NCBI GenBank assembly: GCA_049999805.1
Contig: JBNGIO010006003.1
Location: 71,897 to 135,896 of the forward strand
Direction: 5' to 3'
DNA: 64,000 nucleotides
Source of the DNA: Folioceros fuciformis
Lineage: Eukaryota
Part shown: positions 35,086 to 47,947 of the stretch, piece after piece
How the letters are laid out: the number at the start of each line of letters is the position of its first letter
Position numbering within the stretch: position 1 is the first letter of the stretch
Program-made: the position numbers and the translations under genes
The notes under the pieces: model-generated
Databases searched by the model: none
What the model was told of the DNA's origin: nothing
Seen by the model: only the letters and a program-made list of their open reading frames with translations

Positions 35086-37234
35086 CTACTCATAATGGAA
35101 CACCATCGGAGCGGCGAGCGCTTGAGCCTTATCGTGTCCAAACAGCTTTTCCACAATTGTCAGAGCGAATTCCATAGCTGTCCCAGGACCTCTGCTTGTG
35201 ATCACCTTTCCATCGATCACAACTCGTGAATCAACAGCACTCTGATCCAGGAGATCTCCGCTGAAAGCCGGGTGGGCGGTGGCCCTCTTCCCCTGCATGC
35301 AATGTTGGGCAGCCTTAGTCCTGACCTGTCAAACGTGTTGATGAACCACAAAAAAGCGCTCCTCCTTAAAAATTGAGGGACCGACCTTAAGCAGCTGGTT
35401 TGCTTCCAACACCACGGCCGGAGCAGCACAGATGGCCCCGTATATCCTGTTCTCTTCCTTCTGCTCTGCCAGAATCTTTTGCAAAGCTGCAGACTCGCTC
35501 AATTTCGTCGCTCCTGGCATACCCCCCTGCAAGAAATGGGCAACCAAGCCTTTTAGACAAAACGACGGTCAAGTTTATGGAGGCAGCCTGACGAGGGTCG
35601 GGTACCCACAGGTAGTATAACAAGATCGAACTTGGTGCTGACCACATCTTCAATAAGCTTGTCTGCAATAATCTTCACCTTCCTGGATGCTAGAATTTTC
35701 AAATCCCTCTCCACAGAGGCCACAACCACCTCCACCTGAGCCCGTCGGAGGACATCTACTACAATGACAACCTCCATTTCTTCTGATCCACTTGCTATAG
35801 GAACGAGAGCCTAGGCCAGCACAAAACATGACCACTTCATTAATAATACCCAAGTCATCTAACGAACAGGATCCTCTGGCTGCAAACTCTTACCCGAGGG
35901 GTCGCATCTGCATCAGTCCACCAAGGATGCGCATTGTATTCCTGTCTAGATGCTGTTGGTGTATTCAGCACCTGCAAAACAGAACAGGTGTAAGCTGTGT
36001 ACTCGCCACATCGACCCACAAAAAACCGCTGATGGGGCAGTGGAGGGGTGAAAGACAACGACCTACTTACCAGATTTAAAGCCAATTCTTCCACTTTCTT
36101 TTGGTCAAAGAGTTGCTCTACTAGGGACAGAGCGAATTCTATTGCCGTACCAGGACCTCTGCTTGTTGTGACCAATCCATCCTTAAGCACTCTGAAGTCT
36201 ACCTGCTTGTTATTCGACAGCTTCTCCGCAAATGCAGGATGGCAAGTTGCCTGGAGTTCAGAAGAGTTAGAAAACAGATATCTACATAGCGACTTGACAG
36301 TCACCAGTGACTTCGGTAGAGAACGAGTTAAGGACACCGATGAAACTGGCACCTTTCGTGTACTTCACCTGAACACCCTTAAGAAGGCCCCAGCTTTGAA
36401 GGGCTACAGCTGGTGCAGCACAGATAGCTCCATACAAACGATTGTGCTGAGCCTGAGCCTCGGTTATCTGTCTGAGCACTTCACTGTCCCTCAAGCGCTC
36501 AGAACCTGGCATGCCTCCCTAAAGCCACCCACAGCTTCAGAAGATCTCGTGATCACCTCCTTATTTACAGAATACGGGACCCTCTGCAGAGATGCCATGA
36601 GCTTTTCCCTCCATATTTAGCATCCGCTCTTCCAACACAGACTCATTACGACAACATAAACTCCGCCGCGCATCTGCCTACATCCGTACGGACAATCTGG
36701 AGGTGAACATACCGGGAGCACAACAAGATCATAAGTTTGGCCCTGACAAGCACCGATGAGTGTATCAGCTTCAAGCTTCACGTTCCTGGAGGCCAAAATC
36801 TGCAGCTCTTCTTCAACCGATGCCACTGTCACGTCAGCTCCAGCCCTCCTCAAAATGTCGATAATAATAACAGCCTCCATCTCTTCAGTCCCCTTCCCAA
36901 CTGGAACCAACACCTGGCCACAACCAAACGTCGTCAGACGTCCCCCACTGCAGGATTCAGTACGATACAATGTCATGACCTACACCTTCTTCAGCACCGT
37001 CTCAACATGCGTAGGTGCCACCACTCCAGCGGATGCCACCGACGCCATAGCCGCACAACCGCTGTTCTTTCTGGCGGACCCCAAGAGCAACCCCGGCTTG
37101 CACACTCGAGACTTCCCAACATCAACCCTCGCAGATGCCAAGCCGTGCTGCCTTGCATGTGCCACGGAACATCCAGCGAGACAAGGAGGTCGCGACGGGA
37201 GCAAGGCCCTTCGCACTAAATTCCTAGATGCCAT
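35086..37234 (-). CDS. DJ1: DJ-1/PfpI family protein with two DJ-1 domains and a transit peptide (DJ-1B-like)
   Basis: Two copies of G(T/S)EEME..DxLRRA, GGMPG, AICAAPAV and TSRGPGTA(I/M)EFAL across GT-AG exons; Ser/Arg-rich N-terminus. Confidence 0.95.
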
Positions 37235-38108
37235 GGAGATTTCTATGCAACGGAACCTCGTCTCCATCCATCAAAAACTCCTCCATGCCAAACACCAGAA
37301 TAAAATATTCAAACCCAAGAGCTTGAAACAAATATAGAAATCATTCTTCAGTTTACTCCATTAATTCAAAACCATAATAGGGTACTAGGCACTAACCTCC
37401 TTAAAATCTAATGACTATCAGTAGTACATAAAACAATATGGCTGGAAGGAAAAAAGAGTCTACAACCAATTTGATTCACTAAGGGATGAATTAAAACGAT
37501 TGGATAGATCGATTAGCCCTTCTTTATAAAAATAGGTCTCTTCAATTATTAGTTTATTTTAAAAATAATAAATAATTATTACCTTATAAATAAAACATTC
37601 TCCTTCTTTTATTGAATTTCTATTAAAAAATGCATCCTAAATTTATTCAAAGAGAAATATGCTTATGTTTTTGTTATCGTCCATAGTTGCCAACTTCTTT
37701 TCCTCGCTATTGAAATACAAAGTCTCTCAAAGTCTATATATGTGCAACTACATAGGTAACAAGTAATGTTGCATGATAGCATAGTCTTTGCTATTTTGCT
37801 TACATCTTTATATTACGAAATTATGATACTTCAATCATGTAAGAAATGTTGGAACTTTGACGATGAATGCAGGTGAAGTTTGTTTTGTGATTGATGTCTT
37901 GTGTTGAAGAACTTGGTCGAGGGAGTACTTTACTGATTTATCACTAACTTTGACAGCCTGATTTTGACGTGATGTGTGATAGCATGTTGCAGTGTAGCTA
38001 GCACATGTATTGTGTGTAGGAATTTGGCAAGGCGAAAGGGGAGACCAGTGTAGCTACGACATCTGTGTAGGATAGTGGTGAGACCAGTGTAGCTACGACA
38101 TCTGTGTA

Positions 38109-39060
38109 GGATAGTGGTGAGGAGAAAGGGGAGACGAATGTAAGGAAGGACAATATTGCGCGACCAAATTTGCAGCCCTCGAGTGCATGTGCACCAATGG
38201 AGTTGGAAGATGGTGAAGGGAGAACGAGTGCAGATATGTCTGAGAAAGTAGGTGTCACGTGCATTGGGGTTGCACAGTTGTACATGCTTGAGCTGCAAAA
38301 AATCCTTGGAACTGATGAGGATGCACTTCAAATTTGCAGATATCACCTCAGGGTGCACTGAAGGCACAGACTCCGAGTGAAGAGCTGCTAGAAAAGCGCT
38401 TCGCTTTGCAGGCTCCTGGTGCTAAGGTGGCGAGGTCGTCAATGGAACTGCGAGAAAGGCTCCTTGCTTTGCGGGCTCACTGTACTACGGTGGCAACCTC
38501 GTTGGACGTGGTTGGTAGTCCTTCGAATTCTCCAACTTCCATACCGATTCATGCACTTAATGTCCTGCCACCCGCTGTAGTAGAGGATAGTGGTGAGAAT
38601 AAAGGGGAGACGAATTTAAGGATGGACGACATTGCACGACCACATTTGCAGACCTCTAGTGCATGTGCACCAATGGAGTTGGAAGATGGTGAAGGGAGAA
38701 CGAGTGTAGTTATGTCTGAGAAAGTAGGTGCCACATGCATTGGGGTTGCATAGTTGTACAGGCTTGAGCTGCAAAAAATCCTTGGAACTGATGAGGATGC
38801 ACTTCAAATTTGCAGATATCACCTCAGGGTGCACTGAAGGCGCAGACTCCGAGTGAAGAGCTGCTAGAAAGGCGCTTCGCTTTGCAGGTTCCTGGTACTA
38901 AGGTGGAGAGGTCGTCTTTGGAAGTGCGAGAAAGGCTCCTTGCTTTGCGGGCTCACTGTACTAAGGTGGCAACCTCTGTGGACGTGGTTGGTAGTCCTTC
39001 GAATTCTCCAACCTCCATACCGATTCATGCACTTAATGCCCAGCCACCAGCCGTAGAAGA
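38109..39060. repeat. 476-bp tandem duplication (2 copies), preceded by a 39-bp duplication at 38041-38120
   Basis: ORFs at 38334 and 38810 start with near-identical text exactly 476 nt apart. Confidence 0.92.
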
Positions 39061-39889
39061 TCGAAACTCAGTTCCCGCCATGCTATTAGTAAGGCTAGAT
39101 CCAGAGCCAGCTCTCGTCATGCCACAGGCAAGGCCAAGTCCAAAGCCAGTACTAGTTCATGTCCAGCCATCAGCAGGAGCAAATCTAGAGCCGCCAACTA
39201 GAGAAGATGAAATCCTAGTCCTTGTTCAGTCGCCAACATCGGGGTGTCCAAATCCATTAAGTTTGGAGGCTTGTCAAGAAACAGGAAGCCATCGGGAAGA
39301 AGTTGATATTGAGGAACAAAGAGAGCAAGAGCAAGGCATACCACATACTATGCCTACACAGGAGCCCCTAATTGATGAGGAGTGTGAGAGAGTGTTTACC
39401 GGATACATACTTGGGAGGCTAATTTTGAACCGGGATTTGTACAAGGACCTTCCTCCTCATGAGGAGTCCAAGACAACACATCAAGAAAGATGTGCAAGAG
39501 GTCTTCCACTGCCACTGCTGTCTAACTTTGAGCAAGTCCCAGGCGTAATGAAGGAACGCCCTAACTGCAAACATTATGACTTATTGCGGGATTCAGAAGC
39601 AGCTTGGTTGGAGTATCATTTTCGTCATCAGGTTCAGCATGACATTTCTGTTCGCGTGGATCAGATGCTTGAGAGCGAGGAACATGACCCTATTTGTCTT
39701 GAATGTGAAAATGAGGGAATTAACAGGTCAGAATCTCTGACAAGGGTACAGGAGGCAGCCCCAGTGGAGGAGAACGAAGACTCCGTTGAAGACCATCAGA
39801 CGAGCAGAGATGAATGGGTGGTTCGTCTCTTAGAAGAACTCGATGAGACACAAGATGAAGTTCCAGATTTGAACGAAGCTCAAACATAG
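38110..39889 (+). CDS. Orphan spliced ORF or gene fragment (possibly TE-derived) with a duplicated 128-aa unit; start not found
   Basis: Removing two 92-nt GTAGGT...TTGCAG introns (38248-38339, 38724-38815) gives an uninterrupted frame to the stop at 39889. In-frame TAGs lie just upstream of 38110. Confidence 0.5.
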
Positions 39890-41201
39890 ATTTCCATGGA
39901 TGTTCAGATTTGGGTGATGACAAGGAAAAAAGAGATTCCGCTTACGAAAAGAGGAGGACAAAGGACAATTTTTGCACCACATTGTAGCACATATTGCGAG
40001 AATGTCAAACTACATAAATTGAAGTAACGAAATTGAAACGGGAGCTAGATCCTTTTGCCTCCTTCCAGTTGCCCAGATTGCATCCTCTGGCTCTAACTCC
40101 TCCCTAATGAAGCTCGAGTTTCTGGTTTCAACCGGCAATACGGCCTGAATCTTCTCGTTTCCCTCCGTGCTGCAGTTGCGCCAGGTGTGCTGAAAACGCA
40201 GAGGTAAAATCAGATTGCCGTCCTATTGACATTCATGCTCTCCAAGTTGGACACTGACATCTAGAGGGTCGGTGAGTATCCTGCTGCAGTTGCCTCACCA
40301 CCACACACCTAAGAGACCTCGTTGTTGTGTTGTAGTTGAGCTTCGTTTTCTTAGAACAGATATCCCACCTCGATAGGTCTCCCTTCTCTGAAGGAGACGT
40401 CCGGCCTCTTTCCCTCACGTCCTAAACGCGTCACCGACTCGTCCGGCACGGGGACAAGGGTGATGTTCAGCCAGATTCCGCCTGTATGAAAACTAAAAGC
40501 TAAATCCAGAACAACAAGTTGCATAAAGCTAAAAGAACCACTCTGTATTCCGGGCACTAGTACCCACTCTCCACAGGAGAAGGATGGCAATCAATTCGTA
40601 TCCAGGATTTCCACGCCACACATACACAAAACCCTCCTACATCTTACAAGACCCAGCCTAAAAAATCAATTTCCCGGCCACCGCGAGAACAGCCAGGACA
40701 CCGCCACAGATAGAGAAAAGACCAAGGCATCTGTCACACCCAAACCTATCCCCCTCCCAAAGGTCACACACAGAAGGCATGCCATGAGTCGCACAAGCAG
40801 GAAAGCTTCAAGCGAACCCGATGCGGAAAGAAGCAGTCACATAAAAACTCGAGAGGAAGAAGAAAAAAAAGCACTCACATATTGCACGACATCTGCAACC
40901 AAGCCAAAACTCACAAAATGTGCCGTAAAAAAGGCAAAGGCCTGATATGAATTCACTGCAAAAGTTCCGCATTGGAATGCGTACACAGCTGTACGAGAAC
41001 ACTCTTCCAGTACAAATAGAGAGAGATACATATCTCAGCGCCCTAACTCCCTCCCTTCAGCTGCCTAGAGTTAGCCCCTCACTCACAACCGACGAGAAGC
41101 TCCACCCGAAAGACCGCCTCCATGCCTCGACAGAGTGGGCGAGATCCCCACTGACTTGCAGTCCAGGCCCTGTATGCCCTCCAAACTCCTCCAAAATTCG
41201 C

Positions 41202-41645
41202 CTAACGATAAGACTTCTGGAAGCGGGCCCGTGCACCACGACCTCCAAACTTCTTGGGCTCGCAGCGTCGGGGATCGGCCACTAGCAGAGTCCTGTCATA
41301 CCTAACGAGGATGTCCTTAATCTCCTGCTTCGACTGCTCGTCCACATATTTCTGGAAATAAGCCACCAGGGCCTTGGCGATGCTCTGCCGGATGGCATAT
41401 ATCTGTGAGGTGTGGCCTCCGCCCCTCACCCGGATCCTCATGTCAACCTCAGCAAAGCGCTGGCGTCCCAGCAACAATATAGGCTCGAAAGCCTTGTACC
41501 GCAGGATTTCCGGCTCCACAAGTTCGATGGGGCAGCCATTGATCTTGATCAGACCCCGACCCCGCTTGCAGTAGGTGACAGCCACAGCCGTTTTCTTCCG
41601 TCCGAAGCACTGCACAGACTCCACGGGAGCTTGTGGCCCTGCCAT
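41202..41645 (-). CDS. RPS16: 40S ribosomal protein S16 (uS9), copy 2
   Basis: Protein identical to copy 1 except for the N-terminal residues ([10 protein letters not shown] vs [10 protein letters not shown]). Confidence 0.98.
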   Translation of the reverse strand: MAGPQAPVESVQCFGRKKTAVAVTYCKRGRGLIKINGCPIELVEPEILRYKAFEPILLLGRQRFAEVDMRIRVRGGGHTSQIYAIRQSIAKALVAYFQKYVDEQSKQEIKDILVRYDRTLLVADPRRCEPKKFGGRGARARFQKSYR

Positions 41646-41789
41646 TGCTGTGACCCTCCGGTCGCCGCCTGCAACAGATGTCTCCCGTCGCCCCCTAGCG
41701 CTGATAGAGCTTTTGAGATGTATACGGTTGACATATTTATATAGACAGAAATTAGGTTTAGCAATTTCAAGCCTCGACAGGGTGGGCTA

Positions 41790-41975
41790 GTCTGCTTTAG
41801 AAAGCACTGATTTATATCTATAGGCTGGGCTGGTCTGCTTTAGAAAGCACTGATTTATACCTATAGGCTGGGCTGGTCTGCTTTAGAAAGCACTGATTTA
41901 TANNNNNNNNNNTATACCTATAGGCTGGGCTGGTCTGCTTTAGAAAGCACTGATTTATATCTATAGGCTGGGCTG
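41790..41975. repeat. 43-bp tandem repeat (4 or more copies, spans a gap) in the RPS16 copy-2 promoter
   Basis: Unit GTCTGCTTTAGAAAGCACTGATTTATAYCTATAGGCTGGGCTG at 41790, 41833, 41876 and 41933. Confidence 0.9.
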
Positions 41976-42107
41976 GACTGGTCTGTTCTGGTCTTGGTGG
42001 CTAAAAATCTATGGCCTGATCTGGCCTTGGAAGCTACAAATCTTTGCCCAGGTCTGGTCTAAGAAGCGCTATGCATCAGTGTACAGCGAGTAGCGAGATG
42101 CGAGAGA

Positions 42108-42278
42108 CTACTCATACTGGGACAGTGGAACACCATGGGGCCGCGATCGATTAAGCCTTCTCGTGTCCGAACAGCGTTTCCACTGTTGTCAGAGCGAAGT
42201 CAAAAGCTGTCCCAGGACCTCTGCTTCTGATCACCTTTCCATCGATAACAACTCGTGAACAAACAGCACTCTGATCCA
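42108..42278 (-). pseudogene. Decayed duplicate of the DJ-1 last exon
   Basis: [41 protein letters not shown] parallels 35249-35086, with a premature stop and indels. Confidence 0.9.
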
Positions 42279-42706
42279 AACGATAGCCTGGTTACCTGCA
42301 GTCCAAACAACGCCAGCGCTGAGCGAAAAAAAAGATCCACGCTGTTTCGATGACAGAGGGACTCCAGACCATACTCCATGAGATGGCGGGAAAAATTCTT
42401 AAACCTTGCCTGGTCGCAAAAGATGTAGCTGTTATTCTCTACACCTTGTGTAGGACGACACCTTTTTGTCCACCTCGTGTGTAGAACCTTTCACCGTTTC
42501 GCTGTTGTGTGTACGTAGCCTTCGGTTGCCGATAGTCACGAAGCCAGGAATGGTTTCACGATATAGTTGTACATAACAGGAAGCGGTCGAAGATGAATAT
42601 CAGATTGTTTTGCAACGAGACATGACCTCAATCCACTGGAGAAATCCGGTACTACCTCGCACGAAGACCAATGTTCTTTAAGTTAAACGAAGCTAACAAT
42701 CCCGGG

Positions 42707-45700
42707 CTAAGCCGCTGATTGAGCTCGCAAATCGACTTCCGCTTCCGTTTCTTCAGCAACAATTGCTTCCCGTGTCCTTCTCCGGCGATGCTTAACTTCG
42801 AGATGAATGAGCAAAGCCGTCACATCTGCCGGAGTAACCCCACCAACCCGCGAGGCTTGCCCTATAGTTTGAGGCCGAATCTGCGAAGAAGGACAAACGT
42901 CACAAGAGATCCAGGCATAGTAAGGTGCCGAAGGTCTAAAGGTAACACTGTCGTGTTCGGGGGATGGAACCCAACCTTAGCGAGTTTTTCCCTTGCTTCC
43001 ATGGATAGTGTTTGTATCGCTAGGTAGTCCAGCTCCTGTGGTATTGGCTTGTTGTGCTTATGCACCATCTGCGATTGTCCCGAACCCACTCAGAGGACTC
43101 GGAGATGACCAAACACACCAGCTTACACTCACAATCAAAAGGGTGAAACTTCAACAGCAGTAGCACCTGTTCGAGTTGGAACTGCTGACGTGTTATAAAG
43201 CCTTCGTATTTGATCTCGATTTCCACACGTTCCTTCTCAGCAGCTGAGAGATCAGAGCTTCCAAGACCATTTTGGTCAAGAACGTCATAGTGAATATGAG
43301 GCCTCTTCAAAATCGCTGACAACGGTACTAAGTCCTTCAAACTCTGTCCAGAAATTTGAGCTACTACTTCAGCAGCGGAGTGTGCATCTAGGATGAACAG
43401 GACCTGTTAGAAGAAAGGAACACAACACAGCGCTACCTTTTGCCGAATTGAGGTCAAAGACTCTACCAGATATCCTTGTCGATTGCAAACGTTGCTTCTC
43501 TGATTCCATTCGACGTTGCCTGTCCTGGAAGAGCTCCCACATCCGATCGTCAATCAGACCAAGTTCTCTTCCCAGAGGTGTCAGTCTGGTATCTGCGTTG
43601 TCTGATCGAAGCAGGAGGCGATGCTCTGAACGGCTGAACAGAATGCAAAAACAATTACAACTCCAAGCAATCGAGACCAGCATGACTTCTATCTCTCGAC
43701 TATTACATTATCCACCAAGATGCGGATGCCATCAACACAACTTGAGCCACCACAACACGGTACCTGGTCAGCATACGATAAGGCTCACGCAGATCCTTTG
43801 ACACAAGGTCATCGATCAGCGTGCCAATGAAGCTATTTTCTCTCCCCAAAGTGACGAGAGGTTTGCCACCAGCAAATCGAGACGCATTTATTCCTGCCAG
43901 TAGTCCCTGCAACATCAAAGAGCCATCCAGTTCATAGGGACATAGAGCATAACACTGTCCTTGTCTCCTCTAAATGATCCTGACACACGTGATCCTGACA
44001 AAGTTTCACAGCAGATAAACCTGGGCAGCAGCTTCTTCGTAGCCCGTGGTGCCATTGATTTGACCACTGAAGAACAGTCCTCCCAGTTTTTTGGTCATGA
44101 GGCTGTTGTAGCATTGATGGGCAGGCAAATAGTCATACTCCACAGCATAAGCGGGCCTCAGCATTGAGCACTGTTCCAATCCAGGTAGGGTTCTCAACAG
44201 TGCAAGCTGTAAATTCTCCGGTAATCCTGTTGAGAAGCCCTGATTGATGTCCATATCCTCAGCGCCACAACAGGACAGGTTTTGCCTTCATACCCTTTAC
44301 TGAAGTAGAAAATCATAAATGTGTTTGTGCACTTTACCTGCACATACAGTTCTGGCACAGTGCGTCCTTCAGGCTCTAAAAAGATTTGATGGGACTCCTT
44401 GTCCTTGAACCTAACAATCTAGAGAAAGAAGGCTCAATGAGCTCACTCGATGATAGTACATAAACGGATCACCCTCTATGAAAGAAAGCTCATAGGCGAT
44501 TGAATTTTCCGAAATAGCTCACCTTGTCTTCAATTGAAGGGCAGTACCTTGGTCCCTTTGCATCAACCCAACCACCATAAGTGGGAGTTTCATGCAGATT
44601 TTCAGTTATTAATTGATGAGTGGCCGCCGTTGTTCGTGTCAGATAACAGGACATTTGCTCCCTTTCTATATGCACCTCGGGATCCACACTGAACCATCGG
44701 ACCTAAATGCAACCATCAACAGCCTTATCACAGACTGCCCAACACCTGCAGTATAAGGCTGTGGCTAATACACTCTGCAAACTTCATACTGGAACCTTCT
44801 AACGGCGATCATAACAGAAACAATTAGCGAATCTTCCGGTACCAACAAATCTGACATCAACCACACACCTCTTCGTCACCAGGTTGTGGCTCCAACTTGC
44901 TATAATCCACTGAACGAACATCCACTCGTGCCGGTGTGCCAGTCTTCAGTCTGTCTGTCTCAAACCCAAGCATGTGCAGGTTCTCTGTCAACCCTATCGA
45001 AGCTGACTCTCCTGCACGTCCCGCTGCCATGCTGGATCGGCCAACCCAAATCTTTCCATTCATGAAGGTTCCAGTCGTTAAAACGACTGCTGGTGCGTAA
45101 AAATTCATTCCGAACAGAGTTCGAACACCCTCCACGTTGTCATTCTTGCCAACAATAATATCCGTCACCATGGCCTCTCGAATGGACAGGTTTTCAGTGC
45201 TGCAGAATACAAACCAAGCAGAGGTGAGCACAAGTATTAGAATCCAGAGTAAATTATTTACTCGGACGTGCAGAGGGCATCATAAAGACTAGCAGCATGT
45301 GACTTCAAGCACCATCGAAAGACTATCAAGACAGATTTCTTACTTCTCAACAACCTTTTTCATCTCGATTGCGTACTCTCGTTTATCTGTCTGTGCTCGT
45401 AATGCCCAGACTGCAGGGCCCCTAGACCGGTTCAACACTCTCTTCTGCAAGTAGCATCTGCATAGTGACAAGTATTGTTCTTACTGCTCGCAAAGACACG
45501 TTCCGGTATCGAAAGCACTCTGGCAGCAGCAGATGTACTAAATACACGGCAGGCTCAGAATTCCAAACCTGTCTGCCATCCTTCCTATCTCCCCTCCCAA
45601 CGCATCCACCTCATGAACCAACTGCGATTTTGCTGGGCCCCCGACAGCGGGATTGCATGGCTGTAACCACGGTAACATTGGGGCTTAGAAACCTGTCGAG

Positions 45701-46457
45701 CAAACGTTATATCTTCGATATCTAGTCCATTCACAATTCACCATTCACGTTGCTGCGACCAGTGCACATTCATTCACAGACATCAATTGCTTCACATCAA
45801 AACCACAACTAACCTGCCAAGCAATTCGATCAAGGTTCAGAGTAAGGAGCAGCGTTCTGGCACCCATGCGTGCAGCTGCTAGAGCAGCCTCACAGCCAGC
45901 GTGTCCTCCCCCAACCACCAAAACATCATATCTTTCTTCCATTCCACCTGAACGATCAAGGACACCTTCACGTCACTTCCATGGCCGTCGGGCTCTCTTA
46001 CTCCCATTCGACAGGGGTCAGCGAAAATAAATCTGCAGCTTCCTGGCTTACAAGATTGCGAGCTCGAGGTGAAAGCTCTGGTTGTAGCTTGCAGAGGTCG
46101 ACCTGCTGGCCCTGGTGCACACCATTTCCAATTCCAACGTACAAAAGGTATCCTGCTGGCCCCCGCGACGCCCCTCCTACTCTGGCATAAACAGCTCTGC
46201 TCCACCCGTTGTCTGAATCGAGACATGCGCCAGCCTGGCGACGGCAGCGGTGCTCGAGATGCAAATCCTGAAGGGCCGCACGATAATTGTCGCTGGCGAA
46301 CCCCCGGAGCGGACAGGCAAGTTCCCACTGGACCGTCCGCCATGACCCAAGAGGCTGCGAACGAAGCACGGGACCTCAAGAGATGGCATCGCGCAGCTGT
46401 TCTGTGCAGAGGAGTTGCCGAGTGCTGCAGGGCAACTCCTCCACAGGTGCCTGCCAT
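42707..46457 (-). CDS. gidA: tRNA uridine 5-carboxymethylaminomethyl modification enzyme MnmG/GidA, organelle-targeted; multi-exon
   Basis: [75 protein letters not shown] and [15 protein letters not shown]; long N-terminal presequence exon. Start codon less certain. Confidence 0.95.
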
Positions 46458-47947
46458 GCCAGCAGCGATGCAGGAGCTGAGCTGATTGCACAACGGGGAG
46501 GGGAGGGGAGGCTCGGGTCTTCAGCCGCGCAGTAGCATCACACGGGCGGTTCCCAGCCCCATCAGCACTGCCATTGTGAGCTGCGACAGAGTCCCAGGTG
46601 ATAAGCATTGAGATGCAGGATAAGCATTTAGGTCTTCCTTCTTCTTTTGAGGATTCATTCCAGGTCTGTCTTCTCTGAAGGATTGGTCCACAGATGATTA
46701 AGGATAAAGCTATGGAGTTCATTTAGCTGTGTGAGGAGAAGTTCCACCCAGTAAGCTAGAAATCTAGATATTACGTTTAAGCACGTTCTAGACTGAGATT
46801 TGGGAAGCACTTCAAGGGGTCGTTTGCCTGGGCCTCGTGTGCAGATGTATAGTACTTTGAGTTTGGACGTAGACACTAAGCAGTTTCCAGCATATCGCCT
46901 CTCTTACGAGTTCACCTTCTCACACGTAGCAAACGTTATCTATTGCCGATGCCCCCACCCTTTCACTTAATTGGGCTGATAGTGCAGGATGGCCGAAGAG
47001 AGTGTACACGACGCATGTGGTATGTGCACGCTTGATTCCATAGCTTTTCGAGCTATCTGGCTTTCATTGGACGTCCTTCGCCAGCAACCCTAACTGCGAT
47101 CGTGACTCAAAGATGGTAGGTATTAGGTGGCATTTGCCCACATTCCCGACTTCGTACTCAATGGCCGAGAAAAGTCCTACTCCAAAGACAAGCAGATCCA
47201 AACACGAAGGACAAGGCAGCCCATTGTAGGACTCAAGACAAGACAACCGCAAGTCCAACAAGAAGTAATAGCCAATTCCCGTCATTCAACATTTACCCAA
47301 ATTGCAAATTCTGGATAACGCTGCACTGGGCTCTTGCACGATATCTTGCTGGGAAACATTGAAGGTAATAAGGTGCACACGGTAGCATGTGTACAATACT
47401 TCCCCGAAACCATGAACTGTCCTTGATCATCTGTGAGTCTTACAAACTACATGTAATTCCAGATATATCGTAACATCTGCACCAAAAGTTAAAAAATACA
47501 ACTTGACCTGAAGCGCCCAAAACTTGCCGGGACTTATACCCCCACCCCGGGACAAGTTATTTAAATGCCTGTACCATGATAAAGCTTTCTTCATGCCTGC
47601 GTTGGAGCCCAAAATGTACCTCCATCTACGAAAGGCACTGCAATGAAGAACTACACCACAGACAAGACAACCCACAGCTTCACGTTCTCCCGCTGGGTAC
47701 GTTGCAGATGCCTACAAAGACCAAATCAGTAGGATGCAGGGCCACCGGGGTACTACTTGGTGACTTCCATCAAGCTCACAAGCTTCGGTCACCAAGTCAA
47801 CCCTGTCTACTGATCTGGTTAGGAGAGAGCACTAGTTAAGTTTTCCATGCAGTCACGGGCGTCCATCATAGTCCAAAGTTTGTCTACGCTGTGTGCTAAC
47901 AAGATGACCCGCACCTGAAGGCAAATTGTGCAGGAGGAATCGACACA

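Noticed and set aside
34136-41285. Similar antisense ORFs at 34136-34471 and 40947-41285
   Set aside because: Explained by overlap with the duplicated RPS16 3' ends; non-ATG or unsupported starts and no independent coding signal.
41790-41975. CRISPR-like appearance of the palindromic 43-bp repeat (also the 26-, 43- and 51-bp arrays elsewhere)
   Set aside because: Units are head-to-tail with no unique spacers, there are no cas genes, and the context is eukaryotic and intron-containing.
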